From an uncultured Nitrososphaerota archaeon (GTDB lineage Archaea; Thermoproteota; Methanomethylicia; Nezhaarchaeales; WYZ-LMO8), in assembly GCA_964586135.1 (NCBI GenBank), contig CAZPGS010000003.1:5780-37887 (forward strand): a DNA stretch of 32,108 bases. Reading direction: 5' to 3'. Below are positions 28,533 through 32,108 of the stretch, one piece after another. Position 1 is the stretch's first letter; each line of letters starts with the position of its first letter. The position numbers and the translations under genes were made by a program. Under the pieces are notes generated by a model. It made no database searches. It saw nothing but the letters and a program-made list of their open reading frames with translations, and had not been told where the DNA came from.

Positions 28533-29663
28533 ATGTCCAAGAGGAGCATTGCCGCCTTAGCGCTGTCCATGTTCTTTATAACCATGTCCATGGGTATAGC
28601 GAATCCCGTGGTCCCGTTGTACGCCAAGGACCTCGGGGCCACATATACCGATCTGGGCCTAATAGGCGTGGCTTGGTCGGCGCCCTACTGCTTCTTCCCC
28701 GTGCTCGCTGGGCTTTGGAGTGATAGGATCGGCAGGCTGAAGGTCCTCTTAATGGGGATATCGACGAGCATCGTAGTGCCTCTCCTGCTTTTAATCTCCA
28801 AGTCGCCCTTCGACATAGCGCTCGTCAGGTTCTTCCACGGCGTGGGCCTATCATTTCTATGGGTCGCGGGCGAGGCCTTGATATCTGACGTGACCAAGGA
28901 GGAGGAGAGGGCTAGGCACCTTGGCCTCTTCAACGCGTCGTGGGCCATGGGCTACTTCATCGGGCCCATGGTGAGTGCCCTCACGATCGAGCGCGTGGGC
29001 TATGCGGGCATTTTCTGGCTCTCCTTCTATGCTAGCCTGGCTTCGCCGTTAGTGCTGTTGTTGGCCGAGGGGGACGTCAAGCCAAGCCGGAGTGCGGAGG
29101 GTAAAATCGTGGACCGTGTGAGGGAGGCCCTCTCCAAGGCCTCGTCCTTCTACTTGGCAGTGATAGCGTCCAGCATAGTCATGTCGATAATCTACAGCGT
29201 CTACCCAGCTTACCTCCGCGAGCTTCGCTTCACAGACTCCGAAGTATCGTTCGTAGTGGGCGTGGTGGCCGCGGCGAGGGCTGCAGGCTTCTGGTCTGTG
29301 ACCATCGTCTCGGGCCTTGGTGAGAAGAAGGCCGTTTTCTTGGGCCTGTCGCTTCAAGTGATCGCCTCGCTCCTCATAGTCCTCGCCCACGGGCTCGTCT
29401 TCGCGGCTCTCGTAGCAGCCGTGGCCGGCTATGCCATCGGGGTGCTCGTGCCACCGTCAACTTCAGCCATCTCTAGGACGCTCGGCGGGGACTTCGGCCT
29501 GCTCCTCGGGATAATGGAGTCCATGTTCGGAGTCGGGTGGGTCGTGGGTCCCGGAGTCGGCGGCTTCTTGGCTGATTACACCTCGTGGAGCACTTCTCCG
29601 TACATATTCATGGCCCTCGTGAGCGCAGCCTCGCTGGCCTACTTCGTTGCGAGGTCTAGGTAG
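28533..29663 (+). CDS. MFS transporter
   Basis: Many hydrophobic segments; motif A GLWSDRIGRLK; RFFHGVG; GPGVGG. Confidence 0.93.
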   Translation: MSKRSIAALALSMFFITMSMGIANPVVPLYAKDLGATYTDLGLIGVAWSAPYCFFPVLAGLWSDRIGRLKVLLMGISTSIVVPLLLLISKSPFDIALVRFFHGVGLSFLWVAGEALISDVTKEEERARHLGLFNASWAMGYFIGPMVSALTIERVGYAGIFWLSFYASLASPLVLLLAEGDVKPSRSAEGKIVDRVREALSKASSFYLAVIASSIVMSIIYSVYPAYLRELRFTDSEVSFVVGVVAAARAAGFWSVTIVSGLGEKKAVFLGLSLQVIASLLIVLAHGLVFAALVAAVAGYAIGVLVPPSTSAISRTLGGDFGLLLGIMESMFGVGWVVGPGVGGFLADYTSWSTSPYIFMALVSAASLAYFVARSR

Positions 29664-29705
29664 CGAGTAGAAGTGTTGATATATTCCCCTGCATGGTGTT
29701 AAAGC

Positions 29706-30344
29706 GTGAGCTTGGCCAAGCGCATCGACTACACGAACGTGAGGCCGGACGCCACGCTTCGCGACATCGAGGAGCTCTGTAAGGAAGCCCTCGAGCTCGG
29801 CGTCAGGGCCGTGTGCGTCAACCCCTGCTACATCAGCTACGCTAAGAAGCTCGTCGGGAGCGAGATCTTAGTGTGCGCCGCGATAGACCTGCCCTTCGGC
29901 TCCTCCAAGATAGAGATCAAGAAGAGGGCCGTCGAGGAAGCTATAGCCGACGGGGCTGACGAGGTGGACTACGTGATAAACATAGGGATGTTGAAGAGCG
30001 GCTTCCTGGACTACGTCGTGCAGGAGGCGTACGAAGTGCTTAAAGGGGCTAGCGGTCGCGCCGTCAAGGCGATAATCGAGACGGGGTGCTTAACTGTTAA
30101 GGAGATGGAATCTGTGGCGGTGAAGCTAGCTGGAGCTGGCGTCCATTACGTGAAGACATGTACGGGTTATGGGCCTAGAGGAGTGACCGTAGAGGACATC
30201 TTAATATTGAAGAGGGCCTTAAAGGGGAGGGCTGGGGTTAAGGCGGCCGGGGGGATAAGGAATTTGCAAATGGCGCGGAGGCTCATCGACGCCGGAGCAG
30301 ACATAATAGGAACGAGCGCCGCTAGGCTCATCTTAAGACCCTAA
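29706..30344 (+). CDS. deoC: Deoxyribose-phosphate aldolase
   Basis: IDYT, AVCVNP, GADEVDYVIN, KAIIETG, Schiff-base Lys in VKTCTGY, VKAAGGIR, GTS. Confidence 0.93.
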   Translation: MSLAKRIDYTNVRPDATLRDIEELCKEALELGVRAVCVNPCYISYAKKLVGSEILVCAAIDLPFGSSKIEIKKRAVEEAIADGADEVDYVINIGMLKSGFLDYVVQEAYEVLKGASGRAVKAIIETGCLTVKEMESVAVKLAGAGVHYVKTCTGYGPRGVTVEDILILKRALKGRAGVKAAGGIRNLQMARRLIDAGADIIGTSAARLILRP

Positions 30345-30631
30345 AGAGCTCGGCGCTTGTGAGCAAAGGGTTGACGCATGTGCTCCTCGGCTAATTGTAT
30401 GCGATTGGACCCCCCACCATCGTAGTAGGGGTCCGCTCACCTCGAAAACTCTTCTCTAAATCCTCTTGATCGTGCGCGAACACGCTCCACAGCCCTCAAT
30501 CCCATTCTCCCGAGCTTACATTAGAGGGTAGCCCTCGAGGAGGGCTTCTGCATGGCCTTAAGTCGACGACTAGGGCTTAAAGTGGCCCTTAGCTCGTGCC
30601 GGCATCGAGGTCCTAGAATGCAAGGAGTTAG

Positions 30632-30742
30632 TGCGGGGGGTGGGATTCGAACCCACGAAGGCCTGCGCCACGGGATTTCCCATCCGGCCTCGAGCAAGAG
30701 AGATCTTAAGTCCCGCCCCTTTGTCCGCTCGGGAACCCCCGC
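30632..30742 (-). tRNA. tRNA-Leu(TAA) with 28-nt intron at position 37/38 (30677-30704)
   Basis: GCGGGGG/CCCCCGC acceptor stem, CGGGA-CTTAAG^intron^A-TCCCG, long variable arm, GTGGG-TTCGAAT-CCCAC. BHB: CTTA/TGGG helix with bulges AGA and AAA. Confidence 0.95.
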
Positions 30743-30831
30743 GCTCTTTTATGCAAATCCTCGAAGAGACTTAAAAAGCTTGATGTAAAGCGCGATCGCC
30801 TTTTATCGCCAACCACGATACCTGTGAGTGG

Positions 30832-31921
30832 GTGCGGCCTTTGAAGTTCTTCGAGGCTAGGAGCGTGGAATGGAGGGGTGGAGTTGTTAGGCTCATAGAC
30901 CAGAACGCCTTGCCCTGGGAGCTACGCTACGTGGAGTGCAGAAGCCCCGAAGAGGTCGCGAGGGCCGTGAAGGACATGACCGTGAGAGGGGCCCCGGCAA
31001 TAGGAGTCGCTGCAGCCATGGGGATAGCGCTCGCGGCCTACCACTCCAACGCTAGGGACTTAGAAGCGCTTCTGAGGGACGTAGAGAAGGCGGCTCAAGT
31101 GCTGTCCAAGGCTAGGCCGACGGCGAGGAACCTCTTTTGGGCCATTGAGAGGATGACGAGCACCATCAGGAGGGCTCCGAGCCTTGAGGAGGCCAAGAGG
31201 ATCGCCGTGGAGGAGGCCGTCAGGATGGCGGACGAGGACGTGGGGGTAAACAAGAGGATAGGCGAGATAGGCGCCTCCCTGATAGAGGACGGCGACACGA
31301 TACTGACCCACTGCAAACAGCTGGGCTGAGCAACCCGGCTGGCAGATCGCGGGAGCGCTGGCTACCGTAGGGTACGGCACAGCCCTAGGCGTAATTAGGA
31401 GCGCAGTGGCGCAAGGGAAGAGGATAAGGGTCATAGCGACTGAGACGAGGCCGAGGCTACAAGGGGCGAAGCTGACGGTGTACGAGCTCAAGAGGGACGG
31501 GATAGACGTGACGCTCATAACTGACAACATGGTCGGCTACGTCATGAGCCAAGGAATGGTGGACAAGGCCGTCGTGGGGGCCGATAGGGTATTGAGGGAC
31601 GGGCACGTGGTCAACAAGGTAGGGACGCTGACCATAGCCATCGTGGCCAGCAGGTACTCGGTGCCCTTCTACGTCGCGGCGCCCTCTTCTACCTTCGACT
31701 TGAGCTCGAGAGTCGAGGACGTGGTGATAGAGCAGAGGGACCCGAGAGAGGTGCTGGAGGTTAATGAGAGGCCGATAACGATAGACGTGGAGGTCCTCAA
31801 CCCCGCCTTCGACGTAACGCCGCCCGACTTGGTGACCGCGATAATAACGGAGAGGGGCATAATAAGGCCTCCGTACCACGAGAACATACCCAAGACGATG
31901 GCGAGGGCGACAAACGTTTAA
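30832..31921 (+). CDS. mtnA: Methylthioribose-1-phosphate isomerase (eIF2B-related family), intron-split: join(30832..31316, 31348..31921), 352 aa after splicing
   Basis: DQNALP, VRGAPAIG, RPTARNL, TILTHC|NAGALATVGYGTA, ETRPRLQGAKLT, VGADR, NKVGT, NPAFDVTP. Confidence 0.92.
31317..31347 (+). other. Putative 31-nt BHB-type mRNA intron in mtnA
   Basis: CTGC-AA^A-[CAGCTGGG CTGAGCAA CCCGGCTG]-GCAG-AT^C. Central helix CTGC/GCAG, 8-bp stem, TGA in the loop, frameshifting. Removal gives TGC AAC GCG (C-N-A). Confidence 0.88.
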
Positions 31922-31944
31922 CGGACCTCCGCTATCTATAACGC

Positions 31945-32002
31945 GGGCGATGAAAGGTCAGAGTTAAAATGAGCGGTGATTGAAAGGCATTAGGTTGAGC
32001 CC
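31945..32002 (+). ncRNA. Probable box C/D sRNA with two guides to 23S rRNA
   Basis: C-like GCGATGA (31947), D' ATGA (31969), C' GTGATTGA (31976), D TTGA (31995). Guides GGTCAGAGTTA and AAGGCATTAGG are complementary to recalled 23S segments UAACUCUGACC and CC(A/U)AAUGCCUU. Confidence 0.6.
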
Positions 32003-32054
32003 CAACGAATAAAAACGCGAATGCATAAAAGATAGGAGCGCGCAAGCGGAGAAG

Positions 32055-32108
32055 GCGGCCGTCGTCTAGCCTGGACTAGGACACCAGCCTTCCACGCTGG
32101 CGACCCGG
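32055..32108 (+). tRNA. tRNA-Gly(TCC), truncated by window end
   Basis: GCGGCCG TC GTCTAGCCTGGACTAGGAC, anticodon arm CCAGC-CTTCCAC-GCTGG; close paralogue of the tRNA-Gly(GCC) at 27940. Confidence 0.93.

Noticed and set aside
30407-30434. GGACCCC/GGGGTCC hairpin downstream of deoC
   Set aside because: An isolated 7-bp stem with no supporting context.
31949-31987. GATGAAAGG / GATTGAAAGG as CRISPR repeat ends
   Set aside because: No repeat-spacer periodicity. Better explained as the C and C' boxes of a C/D sRNA.

Overview
Archaeal window, TACK/Thermoproteota-like by gene content and order (inference). From about 3.1 to 23.9 kb it is a mostly minus-strand housekeeping superoperon: rps13-rps4-rps11-rpoD-rpl18e-rpl13-rps9-rpoN-eno-rps2-MEMO1-mvk-like-ipk-fni-gltX, then rpl7ae, an inverted rps28e, rpl24e-ndk-aIF5B-rps6e-aIF2gamma-PIN-rpoE1-spt4-DUF359-rps24e-kae1-bud32-tatD. 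A short IS200/IS605-type remnant lies at the left edge, a decaying accessory segment lies next to tRNA-Gly(GCC), and an MFS gene, deoC, intron-containing tRNA-Leu, mtnA, a probable C/D sRNA and a partial tRNA-Gly(TCC) lie at the right. Main finding: three conserved protein-coding genes (aIF2gamma, aIF5B, mtnA) look broken in the ORF track. Each is interrupted inside a signature motif by a 30-33 nt hairpin insertion forming a bulge-helix-bulge (BHB) type structure. Cutting at the canonical tRNA-splicing-endonuclease positions removes the premature stop and restores the motif exactly in all three. This points to tRNA-type micro-introns in mRNAs at unusual density. Splicing is inferred from sequence and has not been shown.
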